A program made the translations under genes and the position numbers. Under the pieces are notes generated by a model. That model had not been told where the DNA came from. It saw nothing but the letters and a program-made list of their open reading frames with translations, and made no database searches. From assembly GCA_965369865.1 (NCBI GenBank), contig CBDURU010000004.1:10493-74492 (forward strand): DNA of 64,000 bases, read 5' to 3'. Below are positions 1-10,551 of this stretch, piece after piece; position 1 is the first letter of the stretch, and the number at the start of each line of letters is the position of its first letter. The DNA comes from an uncultured bacterium. GTDB lineage: Bacteria > JAJVIF01 > JAPKYR01.

Positions 1-151
1 TAGATTCAGGGACGCCTTTCCATGCTTCCAGCGTTGAAGGTGTCCCGTGTAACTAAGAATTCATGGGGACACTTTCAACGCTGGAAGCATGGAAAAGCGT
101 CCCCATGAATTCTGGAAGCATGAAAAAGCGTCCCCATGAATTCAAAGCGTC
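1..151. repeat. REP-like inverted repeat cluster (GGGAC...GTCCC family)
   Basis: 9-46 and 66-103 form a 38-bp inverted pair with 2 mismatches, followed by a near-identical direct duplication of ctggaagcatg(g/a)aaaagcgtccccatgaattc. Related sequence recurs at 36132-36167. Confidence 0.75.
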
Positions 152-811
152 TTATATATTCTGCTCAAATGCGGGGTTAAGAATGTAAAGCGCCTGCTCT
201 ACTGCCGCCTTAATATCCTCTGCTTCGCTAATCATGCTGACCGTCGCGATTCTCAGTGGTTTGATTACTCCCGCGAGGTCTTCGAGGTCTGAAAATTTGA
301 CACCCCCGAGGAAAAAAACAGGGACTTTAATCTTACCAAGGATATCCTTCGCGCCTTCGATCCCATGAGGTTCGTGCGGGGAATCCTTGTGGGAAAGCAT
401 GAACAGGGGGCTGTAGATAATGAAATCCGCTCCCATCCACGTTGCGGAAATTGCTTCCTCGACATTATGCGCTGAAAATCCGATAAGGAGGTCCATTCCC
501 ATGTGTTCCCTGACAACCTCTACCGGCAGATTGTTCACCCCGAGTTGAATCCCGTCCGCCCTGACAAGCGAAGCGATATCGAGCCGGTCGTTTACGATCA
601 GTCCCGCTCCAACGTCATCACAAAGCTCCCTGACCTTAAGGCATTCGGTGTAAAAGTCTGCATCGTTCAGGTCCGGTTCGCGGTATTGAATCCACCTGCA
701 GCCTCCACGCAGGACGTCGGCAATGACCGAGAGATTATCACGCCCTTTGGAACGGTGCCGATCGGTGATAAACATAAGGGGATGCTCTCGGATAGATAGT
801 GCTGGGACCAA
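152..811 (-). CDS. thiE: Thiamine-phosphate synthase family protein (ThiE/TenI TIM barrel)
   Basis: QYRE, LIVNDR, ADGIQLG, GFSAH and LGG motifs; some positions diverge from canonical ThiE. Confidence 0.75.
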   Translation of the reverse strand: MVPALSIREHPLMFITDRHRSKGRDNLSVIADVLRGGCRWIQYREPDLNDADFYTECLKVRELCDDVGAGLIVNDRLDIASLVRADGIQLGVNNLPVEVVREHMGMDLLIGFSAHNVEEAISATWMGADFIIYSPLFMLSHKDSPHEPHGIEGAKDILGKIKVPVFFLGGVKFSDLEDLAGVIKPLRIATVSMISEAEDIKAAVEQALYILNPAFEQNI

Positions 812-910
812 CGCTTCATCCTTTTTGGCGGAAATTTATCCCCGTTTACTTCCGCGTTTTAAATGAATCGATACTGGTAGCGGAAAAATTACTTAAAGAA
901 TGTTACCAGC

Positions 911-1099
911 CTATTTCTCCGTTATTTCAATTTCAAACTGCTTCTCTTCAAGATTCAGAAAAATCGAGAGTGCGTCCTTTGCGTTGGTGATCACTTCTTC
1001 CTTAGTGTCACCGTACGCGAAAAACCCGGGTGAATCAGGTGAGGTGGCCCACCAGTTATTTTCCAGGCTTTTTTCTATCATTACTTGTACTTTTTTCAT
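911..1099 (-). CDS. HicB-family antitoxin-like protein (orphan)
   Basis: WWATSPDSPGFFAYGDTKEEVITNAKDAL HicB signature; 4-bp ATGA overlap with ugd stop. Confidence 0.8.
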   Translation of the reverse strand: MKKVQVMIEKSLENNWWATSPDSPGFFAYGDTKEEVITNAKDALSIFLNLEEKQFEIEITEK

Positions 1100-2457
1100 C
1101 TGCCAACTCCAATTAATTTAAGACTTGCAGCTTCGAGTTTATCCCGATCGAGGCTGTTACGCCCATCGAAAATCACATTTCCATTCATAAGAGCAGCGAT
1201 TTTATTCCAGTCGAGATCCATGAATTCGGGCCACTCGGTCACCAGGATGATAGCATCGGCATCCCGCGCGACCTCGTAGGGATCATCGAAATATTCACAG
1301 GAACTGAACAGGTCCCTTGCGTTTGCGATTGCCTTTGGATCGGTTGCCCTCAGCCTGGCTCCGTCACGTTTCAGCTCACGCATCAGGTCGATTGCAGGGG
1401 CCTCTCTAATATCATCGGTGCCGGGTTTGAAAGCGAGACCAAGAATTCCCAATGTTTTGCCGGATAAAGGTTCCAGTTTTCTGCGGATTTTCGCCAGGAA
1501 CCGGTATCGCTGGATTCTGTTGACTTCTATGACGGCATTTAAAAGTGTAAAAGTGTAACCGCGGCTTCCCGCATGCTGGTGAAGCGCTTTAGTGTCCTTG
1601 GGGAAACATGACCCGCCAAAACCGATCCCGGCCCTGAGAAACTGGGATCCGATCCGGGTATCAAGCCCGATTCCCCTGGCGACATCCCCGATATCCGCAC
1701 CCACTTCCTCGCAAACATTTGCTATTTCGTTAATGAAACTGATTTTTGTCGCGAGGAACGCGTTGGATGCGTACTTTATCATCTCGGCCGACCTGGGTTT
1801 GGTTCTAACTACTGGAACCGGATGGTGAAAATCGTGTGGGCGGGCGGGCCGTGGAGGTTCAGGTTCGAAATCCTGTTGAATCAGTTTTGCATACAGTTCA
1901 TCAAGGACATTAAAAACGGTTTCATCGTCCGCACCGATAACAATCCGGTCCGGATAGAATGTATCTTGGATCGCCTGGCCTTCACGGAGGAATTCCGGAT
2001 TGGACGCCATCAGGAACGGTCCGGTAACCCTGGCTGAGAGACGCTCATGCAGGTAGTCCATCGTTCCCGACGGTACGGTGGATTTAATAACGACAACGGG
2101 AACACCGGCATCGGGATTACGGGATTTCAGGGATTCAGCAACCGATTCGATCGCTCCCTCAAGTTGCGAAAGATCGATCTGCCATGTCTCATTTGTAGGC
2201 GTGCCGACAGTAAGAAATATTACTTCCGCGTCCCTGCACCCCTCGTTACATTCACCGGTGAATGACAGCCGTCCGGCGGAGATGTTTTCACTCAGCATCT
2301 CCTGCATGGATGCCTCGTAAATAGGACACTGGCCGTTCTTGAGTTTTGAGAGTTTGTCAGGATCGATCTCGACGCCTATTATCTCGTGCCCGAGATCGGC
2401 AAGTACGACACTGGTTGCGAGACCGACATATCCGCATCCGATTACGGCAACTTTCAT
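1096..2457 (-). CDS. ugd: UDP-glucose 6-dehydrogenase
   Basis: GxGYVG, NPEFLREG, catalytic GFGGSCFPKD and GLAFKPGTDD motifs. Confidence 0.95.
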   Translation of the reverse strand: MKVAVIGCGYVGLATSVVLADLGHEIIGVEIDPDKLSKLKNGQCPIYEASMQEMLSENISAGRLSFTGECNEGCRDAEVIFLTVGTPTNETWQIDLSQLEGAIESVAESLKSRNPDAGVPVVVIKSTVPSGTMDYLHERLSARVTGPFLMASNPEFLREGQAIQDTFYPDRIVIGADDETVFNVLDELYAKLIQQDFEPEPPRPARPHDFHHPVPVVRTKPRSAEMIKYASNAFLATKISFINEIANVCEEVGADIGDVARGIGLDTRIGSQFLRAGIGFGGSCFPKDTKALHQHAGSRGYTFTLLNAVIEVNRIQRYRFLAKIRRKLEPLSGKTLGILGLAFKPGTDDIREAPAIDLMRELKRDGARLRATDPKAIANARDLFSSCEYFDDPYEVARDADAIILVTEWPEFMDLDWNKIAALMNGNVIFDGRNSLDRDKLEAASLKLIGVGR

Positions 2458-2534
2458 TCATGGATTGTAGCATTGCAGAGGGACATGGGGGAAGATTAAT
2501 GTTGATGTAATTAAAAAATGGGGGAAAAATGAAT

Positions 2535-4109
2535 TTAGTGGCCAAGGTCTGCCAGGTTGAAGCCGGGATGTTTCCATCCAAGGATATCAAGTTTTTCCGA
2601 ATCGATATCGCCGGTTTCCAGCATGTTTTTAAGTAAGTTGCTTGACCTGATATGTTCCGCGAGCCTGGTTGAAGCGTAACCGGTTTGTGTTCCGGTGTGC
2701 ATGATAAACGGCCAGTCGGAGCTTTCGAGAAACAGAAGCTCCCTTTCAAACTGGATGAGCGCCTTTTTGATCTCAGGATCGGCGGTGTCCCTGTGCTTAT
2801 CCTTGAGTTTTCGAAGGTGGCGATTTAGCCCGTAAATGTGAGGGTAGACCCATTCCGCCTGGTCCGATCCCCAAACCTCGCCGTAACCGCCGTCGCCCCA
2901 TGATGAGTGGGCGGGTATACCCTTACGTGTTTCCCCGCCAGCCCTGATATAATCGGATCCGGTGCAGGCAGCCACATCCTCAAGGTTATTGATCTCCCTG
3001 AAGACTTCGCCGAGCCAGTGGATTCCCTCGAACCACCAGTGCCCGAAGAGTTCAGCGTCATATGGGCAGACGATCAGCGGGGTTTTCATACCACATTCGC
3101 CAAGCCACCACAATCGACCCTTTATCCGGTTGGCGAAATCATACGCGTGGTCGTGCGCGATCGCTTTTGCTTTCTCGAAGTCATATGGTTCCTTGTGCTC
3201 GGTTTCGCCGGTAATCCGGTGATACTTGATCCCGGTGAAAGTGTGCGCGACCGCGGGCGGCAGGTAGGGTCTGACGATATCAGCGGGAAGGTCGAAGCCG
3301 ACGTCACGATAGAAATCACGGTACCAGTAGTGGCCTGGATACCCTTCCTCGGCACTCCATACGGCTTTGGATGTCTCGCGGTCGCGTCCGAACGCAACCG
3401 GTCCGGCGGGGGTTACCAGAGGCATATGCACTTCGTCATGCGAGGGGGTTACTCCGGGAGAAGCAAGTTCAATTCCGTGGGATTCAACGAAGGTAAATTC
3501 TATTCCTTCATTTGCCAGGATATTTTCTAATCCGGGAATGAAACCGCACTCCGGGAGCCAGATACCGCGGGGTCGACGACCGAGGATCCTTTCGTGGACC
3601 CTGCATCCGACAGCCACCTGGCGTTCGACCGATCCGGGTGACATCATGAGGTGCGGAAGGAACCCGTGGGTTGCCGAGCAGGTAATGATCTCGATCTGTC
3701 CCGTGGATTCCAATGCCTTGAATGCGCGAATTAATCCGCCATGGCCATCGAGCACATCCCGTATCGCACTAAATCGTTCGCGATACATCTTTACAAGGGG
3801 ACGGAACGGGTCGTTGAGGTTCGAGTGGCGTTCCGCTTCTTCATCGAGGAGTTTAAGCCGCGACTCGACATAGCGGATCGTGCGGTCGTGAAGAAGCTTA
3901 TCCTCAAGCATAAGGAGAAGAGTGGGCGAGAGAGTCAAAGTCAGGCGTACGGGAATATTGTCGCGTCTCAGTTCCTCAAGGGTGATAACCAGAGGCACGT
4001 AAGTTTCGCATACAGCCTCGAACAGCCATTGTTCCTCCAGGAAATTATTCCACTCGGGATGGCGTACGTAGGGAAGGTGTGCGTGCAACGCTAGTAAAAT
4101 CGATTTCAT
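2535..4109 (-). CDS. GH57 1,4-alpha-glucan branching enzyme (DUF1957 type)
   Basis: HAHLPYV, WLPECG (nucleophile Glu), PYDAELFGHWWFEG and SSDWPF motifs; lies in the glg operon. Confidence 0.9.
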   Translation of the reverse strand: MKSILLALHAHLPYVRHPEWNNFLEEQWLFEAVCETYVPLVITLEELRRDNIPVRLTLTLSPTLLLMLEDKLLHDRTIRYVESRLKLLDEEAERHSNLNDPFRPLVKMYRERFSAIRDVLDGHGGLIRAFKALESTGQIEIITCSATHGFLPHLMMSPGSVERQVAVGCRVHERILGRRPRGIWLPECGFIPGLENILANEGIEFTFVESHGIELASPGVTPSHDEVHMPLVTPAGPVAFGRDRETSKAVWSAEEGYPGHYWYRDFYRDVGFDLPADIVRPYLPPAVAHTFTGIKYHRITGETEHKEPYDFEKAKAIAHDHAYDFANRIKGRLWWLGECGMKTPLIVCPYDAELFGHWWFEGIHWLGEVFREINNLEDVAACTGSDYIRAGGETRKGIPAHSSWGDGGYGEVWGSDQAEWVYPHIYGLNRHLRKLKDKHRDTADPEIKKALIQFERELLFLESSDWPFIMHTGTQTGYASTRLAEHIRSSNLLKNMLETGDIDSEKLDILGWKHPGFNLADLGH

Positions 4110-4111
4110 AA

Positions 4112-5596
4112 TTATTGCCGGATCATCGAATTATACAGTTTTAAATATTTTTTAGCCTGGGAAGGCCAACTGAAGTCTTTCTTCATACCTGTAATCATAA
4201 GTTCTTTCCAGGCGTCGGGATCGTTGCGGAACATCTGAGCGGCTTTCTTGATTGCGTTGATTACGCTGTTACCGCTGAATGCTTTCATAACGAACCCGGT
4301 CGCCTTGCCGGCTTTCAGTTTTGCCGATGTTGCATTTTCAACGGTGTCCTTGAGTCCGCCGGTCGATGAGACGATCGGGACTGTGCCGTACCTCAGGCTG
4401 TAAAGCTGGTTAAGGCCGCACGGCTCATACCTTGAGGGCATGAGGAAAATATCGCTCCCGGCCTCAATTTTGTGCGCAAGCTCGTTTGAGAATGCGAGAT
4501 TTACTGAAATATGCTCCGGATATTTCTTCGCGGCTTCCGAAAGCAACTGGTGGTACCTTTCATCGCCCGTGCCGAGAATAACCATCTGGCAGTCGAGTTT
4601 TACGATTTTTTTAAGCGTTTCCAGTACGAGTTCAAAACCCTTCTGCTCCGCGAGCCTGGAGATCATGCCGATCAACGGACCCCGGCCGTCGGGAAGCCCG
4701 ACTTCGTCTCGCAAGGCTTTCCGGCATTTCCATTTCCCGCTGAGATTTTTATGTGAATATTTCTCTGGTATGAAATTATCTTTTGACGGGTCCCATATAT
4801 TGTAATCGACACCGTTGAGCAGGCCCGAGAGTTTATCCGCCCTCGATTTCAGGACACCATCGAGGCCCGCACCGAATTCGGCTGTCTGGATTTCCTTTGA
4901 ATATGTCGGGCTGACCGTTGTAATGTGGTCGGCGAAAATAATTCCGCCTTTCAACAAGTTGAACTGTCCGAAATATTCAAGTCCGTCGACTGAAAAGAGA
5001 TCCCAGGGAAGGTCGAGCGCAGGATATTTATCCGCGGGAAAACGTCCCTGGTACCCTAGATTATGGATTGTAAGGACCGAACGGGTGTCTTTAAAAAACT
5101 TGTCGTCCCTGTAATGAGTTTTGAGGAAAATTACCGCACAGGCGGCTTGCCAGTCGTGGGCATGGAGAATATCGGGTTTGATTTCGAGTTTCTTGCATGC
5201 CTCAAGCCCGGCCTTCGCGAAAACACCGAACCTGGTGGCGTTGTCCTCGTAATCCGTGCCCCCTTCGGTGTAAAGCTCCTCACGATCGTAAGCGGACGGG
5301 TAATCGATAAACAGCACCCGCATGCCCGATTCATGCTTCAATTCACGAACGCACGCTTCCCCGGTGTATCCGGGAAGGAAAAATGGAAGTGTTGAATCTT
5401 CGATAATTTCAGGCTCGTTTCCGGATTTCTCCGCCCATTCCATGACCTTCCGGTAGTAGGGAAGAAAAACTGTGACGTTATTGCCCAGGTTTGACAGCTC
5501 AACCGGTAATGCGCCAATTACATCGGCGAGACCGCCGGTCTTACAGTATGGAACCATTTCACTGGCCATGAACACGATTTCAGATGTTCGAGGCAT
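4112..5596 (-). CDS. glgA: Glycogen synthase
   Basis: KTGGLADV, HAHDWQ, TIHNLGYQG and PSRYEPCGL motifs. Confidence 0.95.
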   Translation of the reverse strand: MPRTSEIVFMASEMVPYCKTGGLADVIGALPVELSNLGNNVTVFLPYYRKVMEWAEKSGNEPEIIEDSTLPFFLPGYTGEACVRELKHESGMRVLFIDYPSAYDREELYTEGGTDYEDNATRFGVFAKAGLEACKKLEIKPDILHAHDWQAACAVIFLKTHYRDDKFFKDTRSVLTIHNLGYQGRFPADKYPALDLPWDLFSVDGLEYFGQFNLLKGGIIFADHITTVSPTYSKEIQTAEFGAGLDGVLKSRADKLSGLLNGVDYNIWDPSKDNFIPEKYSHKNLSGKWKCRKALRDEVGLPDGRGPLIGMISRLAEQKGFELVLETLKKIVKLDCQMVILGTGDERYHQLLSEAAKKYPEHISVNLAFSNELAHKIEAGSDIFLMPSRYEPCGLNQLYSLRYGTVPIVSSTGGLKDTVENATSAKLKAGKATGFVMKAFSGNSVINAIKKAAQMFRNDPDAWKELMITGMKKDFSWPSQAKKYLKLYNSMIRQ

Positions 5597-6887
5597 AAGG
5601 GGCTTCCTCCTCCTTTGGTGAATACGGACCCTCCAGCCGGATTACTTCCCCATCCGATGTTACATGGGTCCATTTTGGCACCACCACCCTGCCTTCCGGT
5701 GTGATGGTGAAATACTTTTTATCGAATTTGGAATCGTAGCCAATTTCAACACCATCATCGATGATGCAGCTTTTATCGATAATTGCGTTCCTGATTTTGA
5801 CATGCTGGCGGATTTCGGTATCGTTAAAAATTATTGAATCCTCCACCTGGGCATAAGAGTGTACGAATACATTATGTCCCAGTACGCTGTCCAGTACCGA
5901 TGCTCCTGAAATTATACTGCCCGAGGCTATAATGCTGTCGACAGCCTTTCCGAATCTGCCGCCTTTCTCGGCGAAAACGAATTTCGCAGGAGGGAAGGGT
6001 CTCATCAGGGTCCTGACAGGCCATTGGTAATTGTACAGGTTTATTGGCGGGTGCACCTGCCTGACTTCCATGTTGGCTTCGAAATAGCTGTCGATCGTAC
6101 CGACATCGCGCCAGTATGTTTTTTCCCTCTCTCCCTCGCCGGGAATCCAGTTCAGTGAGTAATCATAAGCGAATACGCTTTCACCGCGAGCGACAAGATC
6201 GGGGATAATATCCCGTCCGAAATCATGCGTCGAATTTTCGTTCTCCCTGTCGAGGAAAAGAGCGTGCCTGAGAGCCTGGGTTTCCCAGAAGTACGATCCC
6301 ATGCTCACGAGTGTCATATCGGGCCGTCCCGGCATGGGTTTAGGGTCGGCGGGTTTTTCTTCAAAGCCGATAATACGATTCTTTTCATCGACCTCCAAAA
6401 CCCCGAAACGTCCGGCCGCCTCCTCAATATCAACCGGGAGACATGCCACTGTCAGCGTGGCCTGGCGTTTCAGATGGAATCTGAACATCTCTGTTACATT
6501 CATTTTGTAAATATGGTCGCCGCCGAAAACAGCCACGTGCTCAGGATTGTGATCCCAGACCAGATGAAGATTTTGAAACACGGCATCGGCGGTTCCCTCA
6601 TACCATCTCGAGCCGGTTCTCATCTGGGCCGGTACCGGGTCGACAAATTGTCCGAGAACTCCGCTAAGGTTCCAGCCCCGCGACAAATGCTGGTTCAGTG
6701 AATCGCTCATGAACTGGGTGAGGACCTTGATATGGTAAAACCTGGAATTGATGAAATTTGAGAGAACGAAATCGATAATCCTGTAAGCTCCTCCGAAAGG
6801 AACGGCAGGCTTTGCGCGATCCTGGGTGAGAGGCATCAGCCGTTCACCGCGGCCACCCGCGAGAATCATCGCAAGTACTTCCAGCAT
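5580..6887 (-). CDS. glgC: Glucose-1-phosphate adenylyltransferase
   Basis: LAGGRGERLMPLT, RAKPAVPFGG, FEEKP, HDFGRDIIP and YWRDVGT motifs. Confidence 0.95.
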   Translation of the reverse strand: MLEVLAMILAGGRGERLMPLTQDRAKPAVPFGGAYRIIDFVLSNFINSRFYHIKVLTQFMSDSLNQHLSRGWNLSGVLGQFVDPVPAQMRTGSRWYEGTADAVFQNLHLVWDHNPEHVAVFGGDHIYKMNVTEMFRFHLKRQATLTVACLPVDIEEAAGRFGVLEVDEKNRIIGFEEKPADPKPMPGRPDMTLVSMGSYFWETQALRHALFLDRENENSTHDFGRDIIPDLVARGESVFAYDYSLNWIPGEGEREKTYWRDVGTIDSYFEANMEVRQVHPPINLYNYQWPVRTLMRPFPPAKFVFAEKGGRFGKAVDSIIASGSIISGASVLDSVLGHNVFVHSYAQVEDSIIFNDTEIRQHVKIRNAIIDKSCIIDDGVEIGYDSKFDKKYFTITPEGRVVVPKWTHVTSDGEVIRLEGPYSPKEEEAPYASNI

Positions 6888-6890
6888 TGT

Positions 6891-7394
6891 TTAGCGGTCC
6901 TCCTCTCTCAGCGCGCGTTTCAATGGATCCTGGTGAAGGTCGAGCGATGACGGCAGGTCGGACGGCAATCTTCCCGGAACACTTCGGATCGGCATTCGTA
7001 TGGGATTGGTAACCAGTAAAGGTGTGTCGTCCTTGTCAGAATGCCTGGCGATTACGTAAAGATACTCCTGCCCGGGTTCCAGACCGGGATCCTGGAAGCG
7101 GCCTATCGGTCCAACCGGCCATGATTTCTCTTTTGTGGGGATCTCACCTTTTAACCTTAACCTGATAAGGCGAAAATCAGGATTGTCCGGGGTGCCCGAC
7201 TTGATTTCCCCCGCGAGTTCCCAGAAAACCAGTGCCCGTTCAGGTACGACAGCTATCGCAACAGCCTCGTCGAAACCGTAGGCCGACGGCCATTCCGAAG
7301 GTGTCGGTATGGATGCCAAACCAGCCCCGACAGGTCCGAGCTGTGTCTCCCGAATATCGGGTTGGTGCTCCCTGGTATTTGAATCGTGGTCCAC
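6891..7394 (-). CDS. DUF4912-like protein
   Basis: PSAYG...P..ALVFWEL motif with fibronectin-like tail; first gene of the glycogen operon. Confidence 0.6.
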   Translation of the reverse strand: MDHDSNTREHQPDIRETQLGPVGAGLASIPTPSEWPSAYGFDEAVAIAVVPERALVFWELAGEIKSGTPDNPDFRLIRLRLKGEIPTKEKSWPVGPIGRFQDPGLEPGQEYLYVIARHSDKDDTPLLVTNPIRMPIRSVPGRLPSDLPSSLDLHQDPLKRALREEDR

Positions 7395-7552
7395 TAGTCC
7401 CCACCATTCCTCTGATTGAAATTAACATCTCCAATTCGAGGTTGAATATACCCTATTAGAAATAGAAAGCAAGGGTTTATAAGCAGAAATTTCTCTACCT
7501 TTACTGAATTTTTGCCTTTTGCTAATAAAAATAGGAAGAATTGCTACATTCT

Positions 7553-9073
7553 TTATCCCGACTCCACTAGAGGGCCCAGCTCATCCTCCGTGGAGTCATC
7601 CCCATCTTCCGATTCCACGTCATCCCCATCCTCTTCACCAGGAGTGTAGGCATGTACCCCAGGCGGAAAATCGGGATTTGTCCCGATCGCGTCCTCCGGC
7701 GTTTCCTGAACCCATCCAACCTCGCCGGGTACCCATACAAACCGATGCCCGCGTTCTTCGAGGACGATCCTGTCGTCTGATGACTCGATAACCGTCACTT
7801 CCGTATTGGTTTTCGGCATGACAATTGTCTCACCCTCGCGGAACCCGACTGTCCCCGCTTCGTAGATGTTACCGATGCGTACGGTCCGTACCCATTCGTT
7901 TGTATCCTGAATATGGATATCGTTCGTGATTGGTTTGACAGTCGGCTGCAAAGTGAGATCGCTCAACTGGATTTCCATGCCAAGGTCGGAACCCGTATTG
8001 CCGGCAGCCTGCGATTGATCAATAGCCCTCGACCCAAAACCACTGTCCTCTGGATATCCGGTAGTGAAAGAATCGTAATTGAACCCTGGCTGGTCATCGA
8101 ATCCCGGTAACGGCTGGAGATCATCCGAATAATCGGCTGGCTGCGGCGGGACAGGGATTTCAGGTGCGGATTCACCGGCACCCGGTCCGAGAAGTGAACT
8201 ACCCGTGTCAGCCGAACCTGAATACCGTGGATCGCTGGCGATCCAGTTCATGTACTGCTCCTCACGGTTGATGTCCTCTATGACATTCTGGGCTATAGAA
8301 ATAATGGCATCGTCAGATGTTTCAGAGATCAGGCGGGACAAACGCTGACGGGCGGTTCCAAGGTCGTAATTCGCGATATGGTTCAGTGCAAGGCCGAGTT
8401 CGGGAGTCGGATCGTCGGGAAGTTTCTCGAGCGCATACTGGAAATGATAAACGGCGCTTGAGAGTGCGTCCGTATCCCCATCCACGTCGAATTGTAAATC
8501 AAGAGGCCAGTTGTACGGAAGGACATCCGCAAACCGACCGACCAGGTATACCTTCAGGTTATTGGGGTCGCCGGGCGAAATGCAACCGAGATTGTAAAGA
8601 CACCCAAGCGCGAGATGGCTTTCACGGTCGTCCGGGGTAATTTCGAGTTCAGCCAGGAATTTTTTAACCGCGTCGCTGCCCTGCTTATTCTCGATCGCGA
8701 TTCGTCCAAGCGATGAGTATGCCCCGGGAATGTCGGGATCGAGTTCAAGTGCGACCGTGAACTGGAAAAGCGCACGATATGAATCACCGTCTATAAGGGA
8801 TGCCTGCCCCATCGCGAGACGTGTACGGGCTTCGTTTTGCCTCTCCCGGGTTTTCTGCACCTGTATAAATGCGATTACCATTATGACGATAATCGCGAGA
8901 ACGGCTGTTGTTCCAATTAAAGTGATACCGTTCTTTGAATCTTTTTCGGGTTCAGCCGGTTCAGGTTGCGGATGATGTTCAGTAACAAGCAGGTCGTCCT
9001 GCTCGATCGGCTCTATCGGCTCAATTGGTCTGAATACAGCTTCATCCGGGATTTTGCTTTTGTCGTTTTTCAT
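7553..9073 (-). CDS. Membrane-anchored tetratricopeptide repeat protein
   Basis: One TM helix near the N-terminus, TPR-like repeats (ALELDPDIPGAYSSLG, ESHLALG), acidic low-complexity C-terminal half. Confidence 0.7.
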   Translation of the reverse strand: MKNDKSKIPDEAVFRPIEPIEPIEQDDLLVTEHHPQPEPAEPEKDSKNGITLIGTTAVLAIIVIMVIAFIQVQKTRERQNEARTRLAMGQASLIDGDSYRALFQFTVALELDPDIPGAYSSLGRIAIENKQGSDAVKKFLAELEITPDDRESHLALGCLYNLGCISPGDPNNLKVYLVGRFADVLPYNWPLDLQFDVDGDTDALSSAVYHFQYALEKLPDDPTPELGLALNHIANYDLGTARQRLSRLISETSDDAIISIAQNVIEDINREEQYMNWIASDPRYSGSADTGSSLLGPGAGESAPEIPVPPQPADYSDDLQPLPGFDDQPGFNYDSFTTGYPEDSGFGSRAIDQSQAAGNTGSDLGMEIQLSDLTLQPTVKPITNDIHIQDTNEWVRTVRIGNIYEAGTVGFREGETIVMPKTNTEVTVIESSDDRIVLEERGHRFVWVPGEVGWVQETPEDAIGTNPDFPPGVHAYTPGEEDGDDVESEDGDDSTEDELGPLVESG

Positions 9074-9150
9074 AAACAGTTTAACAATAAGCCCACGATC
9101 CCCATCCGCGAATATATGATAACCGATTTCAGTTCAAAGTTCGATTAATT

Positions 9151-10551
9151 CTAGTTCCGTTTAGACGGGTCTATGCCGAGCGATCGCATTTTCTTATACA
9201 AATGACTTCGCTCAAGCCCCAGTTCTTCCGCGGTGCGTTTTACATTACCCTTGCAAGAAGTAAGGCGCCGTTCGATCAATTCCCGCTCACAGGTCGATAT
9301 AGCGTCTTTCAGCGCTATCTCATCGAAACGCCCGAGGAACATCTCATCCGAGCCGTCCGAGTCTGCCTGTGGGACCGGATACGGCCTTTCAACCCCGGGA
9401 ATGATCCCCGCAAGATCGGCAGGAGTAATTTCATCGCCGGGTGTAAGAATCGCGAGCCGCTCCATGAAATTTCTGAGTTCTCGCACGTTCCCGGGCCACT
9501 GGTAGGATTTTAAAATTTTGAGGGCGTTCGTGGTAATCTGTTTCGGACGCTTGCTGTTTTCCATTGAATATTTCGCAAGAAAATGCTCGGCGATCAATGG
9601 GATATCGTCTGGATGTTCTCTTAATGGAGGCACATGAATCGGAATAACATTCAACCGGAAATACAGGTCAGGACGAAACTCACCTTCCTCGATTTTCCGC
9701 TCAAGGTCCTGGTTTGTCGCCGCGATTACCCGTACATCGACCTTGACCGGTTTCTTGCCGCCAACCCTTTCAAGTTCCTGTTCCTCAAGCACCCGGAGAA
9801 CCTTCGCCTGTGCGCCGGGTGACATATCGCCGATTTCGTCGAGGAAAATCGTGCCGCCGTCCGCGAGTTCGAATTTTCCGGGCTTGGCAGCGGTCGCTCC
9901 GGTGAACGCTCCCTTCTCGTGCCCGAAAAGTTCGCTCTCGATGAGTTCGCCCGGTATCGCGGCACAGTTGACTTTAATGAACGGTTTGCCGAAACGTTCG
10001 GAGCCTGTGTAAATAGCCCTTGCGACAATTTCCTTGCCGGTTCCGTTCTCACCGGTGATCAGGATACGTGAATTTGTCGGCGCGACCTGCGCGACCAGGG
10101 CACGCAGACGGTCGAGTGCGGTGGATGTGCCGATCATGACCGGGGCATCCTCGGCGCCTTCCTTCAGGAGGATATTCTCCCGCTCGAGATCGTGGAGCTT
10201 GAGCGCGTTACGGAGGGTGAGCAGAAGGCGTTCGAGATCGAGGGGTTTTTCAAGGAACGTGAACGCGCCGAGTTTTGTAGCGTCGACTGCGGTGGCGATG
10301 GTCGAATGGCCGCTCATCATTATTACAGGGCGCACCGGATCATTACGCTTGAGTTCGCGCAGGACCTGGAGGCCGTCGATATCAGGAAGCCAGACGTCGA
10401 GCAGTACACAGTCGACCGGGGTGTCGGATGCGCGCTCGAGCCCGTCGGAGCCGGTCGCGGCGGTGACCGGCTCATGCCCTTCGCCGGACAGGATTCCGGA
10501 AAGGGTTTTGAGGATGTTCTCCTCATCGTCGATGATCAGTACGCGTGCCAT
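9151..10551 (-). CDS. Sigma54-dependent response regulator (NtrX/NtrC family)
   Basis: REC domain (IDD, LLDVW, EKP), GENGTGKE, GAFTGA, FLDEIG, WPGNVREL and Fis-type HTH. Confidence 0.93.
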   Translation of the reverse strand: MARVLIIDDEENILKTLSGILSGEGHEPVTAATGSDGLERASDTPVDCVLLDVWLPDIDGLQVLRELKRNDPVRPVIMMSGHSTIATAVDATKLGAFTFLEKPLDLERLLLTLRNALKLHDLERENILLKEGAEDAPVMIGTSTALDRLRALVAQVAPTNSRILITGENGTGKEIVARAIYTGSERFGKPFIKVNCAAIPGELIESELFGHEKGAFTGATAAKPGKFELADGGTIFLDEIGDMSPGAQAKVLRVLEEQELERVGGKKPVKVDVRVIAATNQDLERKIEEGEFRPDLYFRLNVIPIHVPPLREHPDDIPLIAEHFLAKYSMENSKRPKQITTNALKILKSYQWPGNVRELRNFMERLAILTPGDEITPADLAGIIPGVERPYPVPQADSDGSDEMFLGRFDEIALKDAISTCERELIERRLTSCKGNVKRTAEELGLERSHLYKKMRSLGIDPSKRN

